A stretch of DNA of 57,542 nt, filler included, from Sphacelaria rigidula (GCA_964200075.2; 8 parts of 8 records of this genome joined end to end with filler, not necessarily neighbours in it); one strand, 5' to 3'; shown: positions 35,276 through 48,714, counted from the whole stretch's first letter. Notes: a model not told the origin generated them from the letters alone. Numbers and translations are program-made.

Positions 35276-35755
35276 CAAGGGTAGGTCGAGTAGAGTACAC
35301 TCAATACTCAGTATTTTCGAAGAGTCATACTTTTAGTACTCAAAGTTTGAGTACAGTATTTGAGGTCGTACTCGATCTACTCAAAATTTGAGTAGAGCAT
35401 TTGAGGCCGTACTTGAGGTACTCAAACTTTGAGTAGAGTATTGAGGTCATACTCAAGTGATACTCTATACTCAAGTATTACTGAGAGTGCTCAATCAATA
35501 TTTGAGTATAGTAATGGAGGTCGTACTCGACCNNNNNNNNCTGAGAGTGCTCAATCAATATTTGAGTATAGTAATGGAGGTCGTACTCGACCTACTCAAG
35601 ATTTGAGTAGATTATTGGAGGCCGTACTCAATCTACTCAAAATTTGAGTAGAGTATTTAAGGCCGTACTCGACGTACTCAAACGTCGAGTAGAGTAAATA
35701 CATGAGTATTTTACTCGAGTACTCGAAAGTACGTACTCTACTCGACCTGCCCTTG
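35276..35755. mobile_element. hAT-type MITE (spans a small gap)
   Basis: TIR CAAGGG(T/C)AGGTCGAGTAGAGTAC. 8-bp TSD CACATTTG/CACAGTTG. Dense TACTC/GAGTA subterminal repeats. Confidence 0.88.
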
Positions 35756-36030
35756 CACAGTTGTTTCGACTTTCGTTTTTTCCTCTTGTTTCATTTTATC
35801 CTTCCGGTTTTTCCCCCCCGTATTTATCAATTGAGCAATGGACTGGAAAAGGTATACCTCCTCGTTTTTTGCCCAAGAAAGGTACGAAAAATGGCCAGAA
35901 CCGCGAAGATAGCCAAACACGCCATTTNNNNNNNNNNNNNNNNNNNNNNNNNNNNNNNNNNNNNNNNNNNNTTAATTAATTAANNNNNNNNNNNNNNNNN
36001 NNNNNNNNNNNNNNNNNNNNNNNNNNNCAA

Positions 36031-36130
36031 GAGCAGCAGCAGCAGCAGCATCGCCGCCGGTTGATTCAGCCCCACCCCCAGCCACGTACATTTACTGGCA
36101 ATAAATATGCTGCTGCTGCTGCTGCTGCTG
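36031..36130. repeat. (CAG)n and (CTG)n microsatellites in inverted orientation
   Basis: agcagcagc at 36032-36049 and tgctgctgc at 36108-36131. Confidence 0.85.
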
Positions 36131-37314
36131 CCTGTCGTGCGGACGGTCCACGGCACTTGACAGACCCCCCCACACACACAAGATCTTGAGGACCTAATTT
36201 GATATTTCGCTGGCGTCGCGTCAGCGGCCCGAACACCCTTTTAGTACATTTGGGCTATTTGCGAGTCAGCATCACGCTCAAACGCGAAAACCAAACTAGG
36301 CGACGCAGCTTGGGTGTGTGGGAAGCGCGCGCAAGAAACCGCAGTCCAATCGACCGCTTCGGTGTCGAGTTGTAAGCGTTGCGCGATTGGCACTTTTGGG
36401 TTGCTGCAGTTACGTTGGTGTGTAGCGGCCACAACAGCTGCTGTTCGTGCTCTTATCTTGTTATCTGCGCAATGACGGTAAACGTGGGGTGGCAGCTCGG
36501 GGGCGTGTGCTTCCCGACTGGTACAGACAAAGGCAGGACGCTCGGTAGTGCAACAAGATTGCCCATCTACTGATTTGGAGCGAGCTTTCCGGAGGAACAA
36601 AATCACCTCAACGCCGACCACTCCGAGACTTGGATGAATGTACTAGAAATATTGTTCATCTCCTATGACCCAAATCGTCATTTGTAGGTGACGCTTGTAT
36701 TTTCCGTTGATACTAAATGACTCTTTGGATTGCCGGCCACTTCTGACGCATGTCGCGTCCAGCTTGCACTTTCTATGAATATAGTACCGAAAATCTGCAA
36801 TTCCTACCCATAACTGTACTGTCGATTTTTTGGCCAAGAACGAAACTGTTGTAATGAGTGAAAGGACCGCGTGCTTGGAGGACCGCGTCGGAAGGTGAAC
36901 ATCCCTATGGTTGGGGTTAGGGTTAGAATTGTTTGACATAGATAGCTGGTGGGGTGTGATGAATACCTCTTATTCATTCTACTTTTCGTTTTGGCGTTTC
37001 TGCTCCCAATTTCGGGCAAGCATATCCTTCAATAAGGAGGCATTTCTGCTCGTTGGTCCTGCTACCTTGGGGTAAACACCATCACTCCTCTGGTCACCAA
37101 AATGCGCTCAGCGTGCCTCTGTTCTTTCCCCTTCGACTCTTCGTTTTCAAGTAGTTTCGTTTCGTGCGCGCTCAACTTTTGTCTGATGTCTCCGGGTTTG
37201 TGTAGTCGATGTTTAATAGATTGCTCTGCTTCGCAATCGAAATTCCAAATATCTATTTTCCTTTTCCTTTGTTAGGCTACTTGTTATACTTCTTATGTAT
37301 CGAAAAAAAAATTA

Positions 37315-37410
37315 TGACCCTTCTCCGTCGTTTTTGCCCCGAGAAGAGGGCTCAGCGGATGTCGACACTTCAGACCGTTCCAGAGCACATTTGCGTTTTC
37401 CGTAGGCCAT
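37315..37410 (+). repeat. Interspersed repeat family C (also ~48765-48880 and ~55975-56030)
   Basis: The shared core CCTTCT(C/G)CGTCGTTTT..(C/T)CGA(G/A)AAGA(G/C)GGCT..G.GGATG occurs on three scaffolds. Confidence 0.75.
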
Positions 37411-37568
37411 AGTGTAGTGGGTGAGAGGACCGCGTGCTCAGAGGACCGCACCGTAGCTCGAAACACCTCAGTATCGACGTGTTCCGAAACCTATCGGGCC
37501 AGTCCCTGCAGGTACCACGACCCTGACCCCAACACTAACCCTCCCCTATTCAGGTAAAATATAGCATT

Positions 37569-37623
37569 TATCGTATCGTATCGTATCGTATCGTATCGTA
37601 TCGTATCGCATCGTATCGTATCG
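37569..37623. repeat. (TATCG)n microsatellite
   Basis: About 11 tandem TATCG units. Confidence 0.95.
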
Positions 37624-40067
37624 AACTTTTCGCTTTCGTTTCATCGAACTGTTTTTGATACGATAACGATGACGATATTTCGATACGATATCCAACACTA
37701 ACTACAGTACTGTTGTACAAGTTGCCACACTGCTGTGCGTAATGTTGTGTTAACACCGTGCAGACTGTGCCATATACCACGGCACAATCGTTGACGGACA
37801 GAGAGGCAGAGGACACACGGCGACGTCCATGCCCTCCCGCAGCGCCACCCGCTGTACCGCGGGCAGCCTGTGCTGTAGGGGCTGCGGGTGTATACGGCGA
37901 TTGCTGGTCGCTGTCACGCTCTACAGTCCAAATACACGTGAACGTGAGGCAATTATCACCACAGTACAGTGCTTAGGCAGTAGGCGCACTGCTGAGGCAG
38001 CGGATATATTCACCCCACTTCTGTAGAGTCGCGGTATGTGATGACACCACAGCACAATGGGGTGTGCCGCCGTTCGTGAAAGGGAGTCGCCCCCGCACGC
38101 CGCAACACGGCGTTCGCCGAGCACGTTTCGGTCCATTCCTTTTGGGTGAGAGAAGATGTGGCGAATGTTATCGTGTAGTACTCCGCTCGCATGCTGGGCG
38201 AAGTTCGTGACCGGACTTCTTCGGCGAGTGTTTTGGCATGCCACCGTTGTTCTTAGTCAAGTTTTTATCCCAAATTTCCGCGACCGATTCGCTCTCAGGA
38301 AAATAAATACCTCCTGCACTCGATGTTGAAGGGCCTGAATGATGACCAATTTATGGTGTCCCCCGGCTACACAGCCATGTTGTGGCCCCTCCGCATTTAC
38401 TCTCGATTACACCCATCCCGATCGTTGTCGTGAACAAGCAAGCAGAGCTCTGTTCTTCGAAATTCTCCTTGTTCACCGCGCACCAGTCGGATACCTGCAT
38501 TTTCCGGTGCAATGACGGTCAACAACACCCTCCACATGGGCGGCGTATTTACTCCGTATCACGCCGACAACACCGATTGGGAGATTGTGTCCCGATCACG
38601 ACCTGTTCGATTCCCGAACGGCTATCGATTGTCGCACTTTCGCGTGGAAAGGAAAGATAAGGTGCGAAGAAATAAAATAATAACACGTTGGGAACCCCCT
38701 CACTCAGGATGCGGAATACTATACCCCGCCGGTCACCTGAGCCAAAAGGCCCCGCTGCTTACCCGCAGGTGCTTGATCATGAACTCACCAGAAAGGGGAC
38801 TTGGCGGGATCCACCATCGGTTGCATGGCGGCGAAGAAGATGCCGCTGGGACACCGGTGAGATATGACTATGTGGGACGATGTCATCGTTTCCTTATGCC
38901 CTCCGCCGCCGCCCCTCCCGTATTGCCTCGAAAATTGAGCACACTCTGGTAACGGGGGCTGTCCTCTGCTCCATGAGCCCGCGGGTTGCTAGGGTTAGGT
39001 AAACGCCCATTGCAATGATTCATTGCGTACATACACGCTGTCGAATTCCGCCAAGGCCGCAATTGCAAAACAAGTATTCGGCGTGAGAATTCGCGTGCAA
39101 CGTAAATATCCATGTACAGGCTGGCTGACGTCCCAGCCGTCGGTAAGGTCCCATGTTTCTTGTTGCATCGGCCCCATCGATGCGCACATTCTGCAACCCC
39201 ACGTTTCGAGAGATGGCTTATTGATACCTCGATCAGCTACACTGGTGAAATGCTTTTCCGGGAAGAATACCCCAACCCATGCGACTTGTGCCGGAGGTGG
39301 ACCTATCCAGTTACAGCTGAGATGTACCTCACAAGTCGGGCGCTGGTCCCCCCCCCACCCCCCCCCCTCCTCAACCGCACTGAACTTATGTGCTGGGATT
39401 GCGTGTTCACCACGGGCTGAAGGTACTGGCCGGAAGCCTCGTAGACATCCGCCTAGCGGCAGCTAGATAATCTCAACAACCCAGCGCGTGCACAGTTGGG
39501 TGATCGCATTTCAGCAACCGCGATACGGAGCTCCGTAGTTGGAGGGCTACCGGTCACAGCGCAGCACGCTGCCTCCTGTACTAATAAAGGTCGATGAATC
39601 GTGCGCCATTCATGATATAAATGTCGGTAGGACTGTCGCTGGTATTTATCAACTTCGAATTGCCACGAGCCCTTTACCAGGGATCTACACGTTACACTTT
39701 CACGTTCACGTTACGATCACGTAAAAAATCTTTAACGTTCACGTTACGTTGCGTATGCCACGTTAAATAATTTTGACGTGACGTTGAAGTTTCACATGAA
39801 AATTTAACGTTACGTTCACGTTACGTTCACGTTACGTTCACCACATGAAAAAAATGTTAACGTCACGTTTCTTTAACCTGTAACGTAATATGAAACGTTT
39901 CAATGTCATGTGTAACGTCTGATATAACGTTACGTTGACACGTGTAACGTTCGAATGTGACATTTCATTCTGTGCATGTCACGGCTCATTTACCAGTGTT
40001 TATTTCGTTGTAACGTGTCGTGTCACGCGTGATGTAACCGTGTACGTGACGCTGACGGTGACCCGTC

Positions 40068-41229
40068 GGCTACTTCTCATGTATAAAGAAACCTCTATGA
40101 AAAAACGCGTTTTCTGATAAGTGGCCGAAAACCCACCTCTTATGTGATCAGAAAACGCCTTTGAAATCCCGCCGCACGCCAACACACCCTCCAGCCCACG
40201 ACAGCAGTCATGGTGGCTTGGCTGCCAACACAACTGCCGTCGCTGGTGCTCGCGGGCAGTCAGCGTGTTGCTCCATTGTCCTTCGCTCGCCAGTATCATG
40301 GTGGCTCTTTACCCCATGAGAACAGCATAGAGCAGTGTCGATGACAAGTGCTGTACAAACACTCTGTGTGTAGTTTGCGCAGACAGTATCGTAGCTCGCA
40401 GTTCAGGTCTGTGCATGCAGCGTGATGCGATCAGCACTCGCGATGCAGTACAGACTGCACACGCACCCAGGACCGCACTGACTGTACACACAAGACCAGA
40501 GTATAAGCAGTTGTGCTACTGCTGTAGTGCCTACAGGGCTTGGGTGCTTGAGCAGTCTGTACTGTATTCGAGTGCTGTTTGCAACACGCTGCATGCACAG
40601 ACCTGAACTGAGCTACATTGCTGTGCAAACTACATAGAGAGTGTCTGTACAGCACTCGTCATGGAGCCTGCCCTGTTTTGTTCTCATGGGGGTATGGGCC
40701 ACCACGCTACTGGCGAGCGAAGGGCAATAAAGCAACACGCTGACTGCCCGCGAGCACCAGCGACAGCAGTGGTGATGGCAGCCAAGCCATCACTACAGCC
40801 AATGCATACAATACAGTAGTGTTGTGTGTACTGTTGTCCGTGCTGTCCTTTCAGTCAAGTATTACCGTGAAGTGAAAAAGCACAACCGTCACTCCTAGTC
40901 AGTTGATGCAGCAAGGCGGTGTTGTTGATCGTCTTGCGTCACGCAGCCCACCATATATTGCTCAGGAAATGTATCACGGTAGTACAAACAGTCAGTACGG
41001 ACCGTAGACCACGGCACGGCAGCAGAGTGCTGAGTCTCTCTCGCGCGCCCCAGAATTTGAAATCATGCCTGCACACCTCATAGAAATCGATGAGCGGTGA
41101 GTTTCCAATTCTGACAGCGCGTCGATCACGTACAGTAAGAAGGGCTACTTTGAAAAATTCCGTGGAGAATCGCGCTGTTAAAAAACGGCTTTTTTCGACA
41201 ACGTATTTTCTTATACATGAGAAGAAGCC
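40068..41229. mobile_element. Nested TIR element inside the hAT
   Basis: GGCTACTTCTCATGTATAA...TTATACATGAGAAGAAGCC inverted termini extend ~45 bp imperfectly. No TSD recognised. Confidence 0.65.
40211..40792. repeat. 582-bp foldback (arms ~265 bp, loop ~45 bp)
   Basis: Examples of paired arms: GTCGCTGGTGCTCGCGGGCAGTCAGCGTGTTGCT / AGCAACACGCTGACTGCCCGCGAGCACCAGCGAC and CAGTTCAGGTCTGTGCATGCAGCGTG / CACGCTGCATGCACAGACCTGAACTG. Confidence 0.93.
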
Positions 41230-43442
41230 TTGAATGTGGTCGAGATAATTATGGTGTTATGATGCAGTGCTGCAACGATAACTTGGAATGTGAGGTGTGG
41301 TGGGGAGAGCGCGAAATTTCTGCGATAGTACCATACCTTTACCATGGCCATTGAAACTCACTCGTGTTTATTGAAGCACCATCTTCTAGGATTTTCAAAT
41401 TCATTGCAAACTGAAAGTTTCATCCCTTCATGTGATGTGTCCATGACGTTTCATGTAACATGTAACGTAACATATAACGTTACGTGTAGTAGACGTTACA
41501 CGTTACATAAAACCCATCATATTACGTGATTTGAAAGTTTGAGCAATTAAACGTTCACGTTACGTTACGTATGTCACGTTGAAAAAATGGACGTCACGTT
41601 AACCGTTTATTTGAAAATTTAACGTTACGTTCACGTTACGTTCATCACGTAAAAAATCCAACGTTAACGTTACGTTTCGGCCAAGACGTAACGTGAACGT
41701 AACGTGTAACGCTGTGGCACGTGTAACGTGTAGACCCCTGCCCTTCACCTCAAAAATACGAAGTGACGACATATGTTTTTGTGAGAACACGCCACCATTA
41801 GCATTCAAATCGACTTCGGATATCTCGAGTGAAAATTGGAACGACAACTTTCTCACCCATGCCGTGCAGTAGCTCTCAAGTTAGGGGATCTCTCGATGCG
41901 AAACGTTCGGACCCCATTGTGCAATGCCTCCGGTGGCATGTTAGTCGTGTGAACCTGTGCTGAGCGCCTTGGTCCCGTCCTTCTCGTGTTCGGCCTCCGG
42001 GTGGTCGCGCTAAATCTACCTCCGCCGCTTCGTCTGCAGCCCGCGAAAAGGCCGGTCCTGATGAAACCGGGAATTATTACCCAACGCCGATCTCACATCG
42101 GAAATCTGTGGGACCCCGACCCCGCGCGTGGAGACGAGGACGGACGCACGTCAGGCCTCTGCTGGCTACCGTCTTCGGTCAAGGGGCCAGAACTGGTGGG
42201 AAAAGAGGATCAGACCCGGTGGCGCCGGGGCCAGCGCGGTAGTCGGCGCATTGCAGGATGCGCCTCTCCGGATAAATAATCTCCCTGGCTTTTTTGCTGA
42301 CCTTCGTGCGGCTACGGAAGATGCGGCATCAACTGCCGAACAAGGTGACCTCAGTCGCACCAGCTCGCTCACGGAACCGGGGGGCGGCGCCGCTTGGAGG
42401 CCCGATAACGGATCTTGAGGCCAGCCTCAATGATCGCATCACGCGGCGGTCAAGGCGCCAGGTGCGTCATGGCCGCCGCGAAGAGCAGACCAGCCTGCCG
42501 CCCGATCGAAGGAAGGAATGTCCACCTCTGCTTCGCACGAGGGTAACCTCCGCCCCAGCACGTCGGAGTGGCGGTCGGAAGCGGTGTGGCAATGTCGAAA
42601 TGTGGAGCGGTAGGCGCTTGGGTCGTGGGGTTATGCGCATGTCGTCATACAAGTCACTTCACGACGGACAAGCGGTGCGCAGCCTGCCATCGCATTACCA
42701 CTGAGTTTGCCCACTTGGCAAACAAGAAACTGGGCCCTTCGGCGGAGTGGTTGAAGGCAAACCGGGAGCATTTGCCATGAACGGCGATCGCTGGTGCGCA
42801 TGTCCCCACATTGCACTGCCTCTGCTTGAGAGCAGACCGCTTCTATAGTCTGTTGCGGATTTTCGCACTTTCGAAAATCACCGTGTGGAGCGAAAAAGAT
42901 GTCAGGTGTGCGAGGCGCACGGGACTCTGGTGCTTCACAGAGTTTTGATAACGGTGATCAGACCTGTCGTCTAGTTAGAAAGAACAAGTTGCAATACTGC
43001 TAGCGATTGGGGCCTACGAACTGCACTCCACGAGAGTCCCACCCCCCGCCCCCAGCCCTGGTGACGCACCCATGAGGCAGTGTATAAGCCGTGGCTGTCT
43101 CTGGAAGTGGCGATACAAGAAAATAAAGCAACNNNNNNNNNNNNNNNNNNNNNNNNNNNNNNNNNNNNNNNNNNNNTTAATTAATTAANNNNNNNNNNNN
43201 NNNNNNNNNNNNNNNNNNNNNNNNNNNNNNNNTACCGCCGAGACCGGTCATGGCCTTCGTCGGAGGACGGGGAACGGAGGACTATTACCCTTCTGATGAA
43301 CGGGGTATCTACTCCGTATCGCCCCAGAAACACCAACTTGGACACTGCAGTTTGAGCGCGGCCTACGCTTCCCCCCTAAATCTACCGGCACTTTCGTACG
43401 AATTCTTAAAACTTCTGATGCTGACTACTACAGTTCCTGATG

Positions 43443-43895
43443 CCGCGGATTTCCGGAACGCATGCCGCAGAGGCCGCAGCACTCTGTAAACCGCCAAAAT
43501 ATACTTGAAAACGCGTTTCCTTCACAGTTCTTAACGTTTTGGGGCTTTTAGGTTCCGCTGTGGCGACTCGAGGAAATTCGCCCCATGGTTCCCTAGGTAT
43601 CGGGTGTGTGCGGGGGGCTGTGAAGTGTCATAGACCTGCTTGCTTTCTGTCTCGAGAGCGAGGCGATAAAAAAAACCACAGCTATCGCACACTAAACCTA
43701 GGTAAGTTGGGATCGAGCGTGTGTTCCGTTCAGTCAGGGTTCAGCCAGGGTTCAGCACAGGTTCAGCACAGGTTCAGCGCAGGTCCGATCAGTTTACGAC
43801 GTCTTCATTATTTCCCTCCGCGTTTCCTTCTACTGTACTGTTTTTCGCCCACATATGTCTGATCGCGAGGACCTTCATTCACGGGCATAACAGTA
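43443..43895 (+). repeat. Interspersed repeat family B, uninterrupted copy
   Basis: Reverse complement of 24645-25975 minus the MITEs. Contains (AGGTTCAGCAC)n at ~43737-43785. Confidence 0.85.
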
Positions 43896-46800
43896 AACTG
43901 CAGCACATGTAGTACAGAGGGTTCGGTATACAGTACTCGTACTGATAGTCACTCGTGAACGTCGATGTGCTCGCCGCAACATGAGCTACGTACACCTGGT
44001 TTGTCGAGTGTCGAGCGTCGAGTGTCGAGTATCTTTACAATATCTCTTGCGGGGAGCGCTAGGGCCGTCGTCCGGCCACGGGTTCAAGTTTTTGAGGGTC
44101 CATACGCCGAGTACAAGGATCAGGAATCGCAATTTTGATACTTACCCTCGGTAGCTAACTTCTGTTCTTGGATGCCTCGCGATCTATCTTCCAGAAGCTC
44201 CGCTCCTTCGATTTCCAGCTTACTTACGTACTCCTTGCGCGAGTGAGTGGGGCCTTACAGGGAGACGGATCGATGCGCGGTCCATCCAAAGGGTGTGACT
44301 CTAGCTGCTAGAGTCATACCCTTTGCGTCCATCCTACCTGCGTATAAATCATACGTTACTTTCCATCTCGGGAACGCCTCCACAATTATCTTCCCGCTAC
44401 AACAGTGCAATCTCAGGCGATCACAACAGTAGTACTTAGTGCGTGAAGTGATGACGCAAACGGTTGCACAAGTAGCTGTACTACTGGTGTGTTGGTTTCG
44501 GTGCAAATATCTGTTTTTAGGTTTTGCGGATTTTCCGCGAGGACAGACGTGCCCCTTCAGTATCTTCAAGTGATCGGGGCCGTGGACCTCAATGCAATTG
44601 CGAGCACTTGAGCAGCGCCTGCTACAAGTACGAGTACGAGTAGTGCGACTTTCTCCTACAGTATTAATAAATAAATTCTCCCCCCAGAAGCATATGTCAT
44701 CACCTACTCCTTGGATTCGAAAAAATAAGATCAGTTTCATCGCCCCACCTGTGCCCATACACAATTCGCTACCCGAGAAGCTGAGAAGGAGAGCCAGAGA
44801 GAACAGGGTGTTGAGGAGAAAAGAGATGAGCAGCCGCGCTTTTTCCCACCTCACTCGACGTCGATCCTTCACTTCTACTGGCAAGGTGAACCAAAGATCA
44901 GCATTGTTATTGTCGCCGGTGTTGCCCATAGCCTAGAGCACATTTTACATTTTGCGTTTTTTTGAAACCTCAACAAGTGAAGTTACTGTCTGTGGCTTCT
45001 ATCATACTAATCAATAAATAGATTACAGTATCTGAATCATCATATTCGTACAGTAGCCTCTTTGGTGCTGACATGTATCATCCACGTCAGGTTGGCTGCT
45101 GGGCTATTTACACCAGTATCACCAGTATTTTCGAAACGCGGAATATCCAGCGCGGTCATTACATGCTCGGGCATCTTGCGATAGAAAACAAACAAGTGTG
45201 CACAGCTTCATCACATCCGCCTGCGCTGGCGGCACATTCTTCACCTGTGCAGGATGAGGATGCGAGATACGAGCTGCGGGGGGTTGTAATTAATTACTTT
45301 CCCTGAGCAGCTGCCACTTGCACCAGATTTGGTTCTTCGTTCCAATGATTTTTGTAGGCACGAGCAGAACTCTGTGCAACACGTGTATGTACGGTGGGTG
45401 CTCCGCCGTATCTCGCTGGCCTCCCGTGCTGGAAGCAAACCGTCGCTCCGGATGTTATTGATGAAGGGCTGATCAGTAGCGTTAGTTTCATGCAAGAGAA
45501 CGTTCGCGAATTCAGCGATTGCGGTGACCAATACCGCTCTGTGTGTGTCTGCAAAAATATCTCCCACCCAAGAAGTTGATCAAGGTACAGTCAGTAGTAG
45601 CTGCTGAATCTAGAGTCGGGATGATCATGTTGGTATGTCGCTGACATGATCCAGGGAAGCCAGCAGGTGCCCGCCGTTCCGAAGCTACCCAGCAGGCACA
45701 TGTCGTTGCTAAACTAGCCAGCAGCTGTACAAAGGTCCGGAACTAGCCAGCAGCTGCCCGCCGTTCCGCACCCAGCCAGCAGCTGCCTCCCACTTGGCGC
45801 GGGAGACGAGAACGGTCTGCGTGTTACATTTCATGAAGAGTTCTGCTGTGACCGGAGCAGGTTCATCTGAAAGCATGACATCACGGCGACACGTGAACCC
45901 TAGAACCAGTCTCGACATTTCCACTCAAATATCTCGATGAAGCATGGGGTCGTCGCCGTTTGGGTGGTTCCTCGGGGGGTGCCGTGCCAACCGGCCAACC
46001 CTGCCTTGCAACACCGGCTGTACAGACAGTGCACCAGAATAGGATCGGATTGGGCAATGACGACTGCTATCATACAGTATTACTGTATTGTGTATTCAGA
46101 CTAAACTGTACGGGTACTGTCTCACTGTAGCATGAACATGAAGAATGACTGTACTGTCTGTATCCTCAAATGCACGGATTGTATGCCGGTACAGCCTCGA
46201 CTGGATGCTCTCGGACGAAGACAACCGACAAATGTGCTGTGCGTGTGTACCGGTCCCGCCGAGAGATTGGCATTGATTGTCCCCGTACAGAGTACAGCAT
46301 TATTCCTCTACACAACTGTTGCACATTGTACAGCAGTACTGTACAGCTTTTGCGACAACCCTCTCGTACTGTCTGTGTTGTCTGTTATCATGCGTCTTGA
46401 ATGCACTTGTAAAACAGTTGCTCAGATCCCCTCACGACAGGTATGTGTAAGTCTTGTGGACGTTCGACCCACCAGCTGTCGTTGAAGCTCCCCCGAGCGG
46501 ACAGATGTTGGATGCACGCGCCTCGTTTGATGCTGGTGCAATCAAGCATGCCCATCTGAGTCGGTGGGTTTCTTTGATTCTCTGGCAAGTCTCATCATGC
46601 TGACTGACCACTCGAGAGCGACGGCACCTATTTTTATCTGCCAGAATCAGGCGAGGATGTGAATGTTCTTCACCGAGAAATCAGACAACCCCATGACAGT
46701 CAAGTTTGATCACCCGCGTCTCGAATATTTCACAAGTGAAAGTGATGCCAATTCAACGGGATTTACCCTGGCCCAAGCCTGGTGTTTCGACTGTTGACAC

Positions 46801-48488
46801 TTTGGGGGGCCACATCTCCTGGCACCCACCCAAGCCGGCCTAGAAACGACCGCTGAAAGTGCGCGAAGAATGGCTGCTTGGGTTGAGGACTTGTGCGTCA
46901 GACAAGCAGGGGTTGGAGACCACGGAACACGTGGTACGTTGTCTTTGAGGATAGGTTCCTGAAACGAGAGAGGAGCCACTCCGATATATGGCCTTGGTGG
47001 AGATTCAACGGCTTCGAAGAGCAGCTGTCGACACTGTTCCGAAATACACCCCCCGCCGTCCAGAAGATCTTCCCGTCCACCTCTCGATGGGCAACCACTG
47101 CTTTTTTCGTTCTTGTTTTCTCTCAATCGAGGTCAAAGGTTATGACATTGCCACAATTGAGACAAGTGGAAATGCCATGCCCTTTGGTCGAGGTGTTCTC
47201 CGTCGCCGAAATGCCAAACGGATTTCGCCAATATTGACCCCTAGACAGCGACCCCCCCCCCGCAGGTGGACTGAGATGTACTACTCGTACTCGTATCCCA
47301 CAAATCGGGTTCACAACAGCTCTCCTCTCGCAACATAACACGCCTTTTTTTTATGAACATGTGGATGGGGGCATCTATACAGGATACAGTTCCGGGAACC
47401 CCTGACCGGTGTTGATCGTGTAGTCTATAGCCTACAGAACCAGTTATGTGTGTCGTATGCCCGCTGGATAACACCAGCAAGAAACAGACAGTGGCCATCG
47501 TTCTCCACGTACACAAATTACTTCCGTAATTGGTCAACATGGTTCTTTCGCGCCTCTTGGGCCTCGTTCCCGACTTGAAACCTTCCGCAAGAAAGTTTCA
47601 AACACACATGGTTGACTTGCTGAGCTGAAGCTCGAGCTCTGCGGACAGACACCCCCCCCCCCCCCCCCCCCCCCCGCCCACTGGGAACCCCCGGATGTCT
47701 CCGGACTGTTCGCCAGTAGAACTGTTCCGAGGCGACGCTCGCTGTCTAAGAGTTGACGCATGGACCGCGAGGATGGTCTATATAGATCATGTGTACTTTT
47801 TCCAAGTGAGATTGGTGCCAATTCGACGTATGCTCTACTCTCGCCTTTTCAGCCCGTCGACCACGAGTAAAGGCGTAGATCATCTGTTGGATCGGTATCG
47901 ATTTCGCTCGAAAAATGACTGAACGGCCAGACAACAAACGTACCCTCGCGGTCAAAACGGGTAGGGACAAGAATATCGAATATACATGCCGGCGTTTTAC
48001 AGATGTTTTTAGGGTGTTCCGCGCGATTTGGTATACGACGCGTGCATGCACTCAAACCATGCGCCTCTCTGTAAGAGCAGCACGAGTATCGCGGCGGAGA
48101 TTTCATCGGGACGACAAGCAGACAGTGAAGGAGCACGAAAAAATATGTAAGAGGTAAATATGGGGATCCCACTGCAGAATGAGCGCTACTGTCTGTACTG
48201 TTGTACGTCACGGATCGCCGTGTCGGTACTGCATGGATTATATATGCCGTCGGCATCCCGTAGGGAAGCAGACAACAGCAATGATACACGGTTACTTTCC
48301 GCCATTGTCATGCGTAACTCGGAGCAGTAGTAGACCAATGCACAGGCTTTTCACCTGGAACTATGCATACATACTTGATGGTTTTTGCCGCTGTCGTCGT
48401 TGTCTTCACATTCACCCTTTGAGAACCCTCCACGCCCGTGCACGGGCTAGGCACCTCATCATTTCAAGCCCCCGGAGGCCGTGTCTTA

Positions 48489-48714
48489 GGGCGTTTCATA
48501 GCGCATTAGTTTTCGATCGAAATTGTGCGGTGGAAAACAAAATCGCGACCTGATACGTCGTAGTTTCAACCATGGTCATCAATTTTGAAGATGGTCAAAA
48601 TCACGACCTATCGTCGGAAGTTTCGTTGATGGTTGAAATTACGACCTATCAGATCAGGATTTCTGTTTTCCACCGCACGTTTTCGATCGAAATTGTGCGG
48701 TCGAAAACCAGGCC
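48489..48714. mobile_element. Tourist-like (PIF/Harbinger) MITE
   Basis: TTA on both sides, GG(G/C)C termini and ~85-bp inverted arms (TTTCGATCGAAA..GTGCGGTGGAAAACA). A related arm lies at ~22520-22562. Confidence 0.75.

Larger units (their letters stand above)
39678..41740. mobile_element. Non-autonomous hAT transposon (2063 bp) with nested insertions
   Basis: TIR CAGGG(A/G)TCTACACGTTACAC. 8-bp TSD CCCTTTAC/CCCTTCAC. Dense ACGTT(A/C) subterminal repeats at both ends. No transposase ORF. Confidence 0.9.

Noticed and set aside
35481-35592. 52-bp perfect direct repeat across the small gap
   Set aside because: An unmerged contig overlap flanking Ns, i.e. an assembly artefact.
37315-37370. Conserved peptide LLRRFxxEKxAxRM in three small ORFs
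   Set aside because: Explained by DNA-level similarity of repeat family C; the flanking frames are not conserved.
41986-42816. GC-rich overlapping ORFs with Cys/His motifs
   Set aside because: Fragmented across frames with no identifiable zinc-finger or TE family. It may be a decayed coding remnant but is unsupported.
44255-44929. 224-aa minus-strand ORF with a hydrophobic stretch
   Set aside because: No recognisable domain, it includes simple-repeat-derived sequence, and there is no supporting gene structure.
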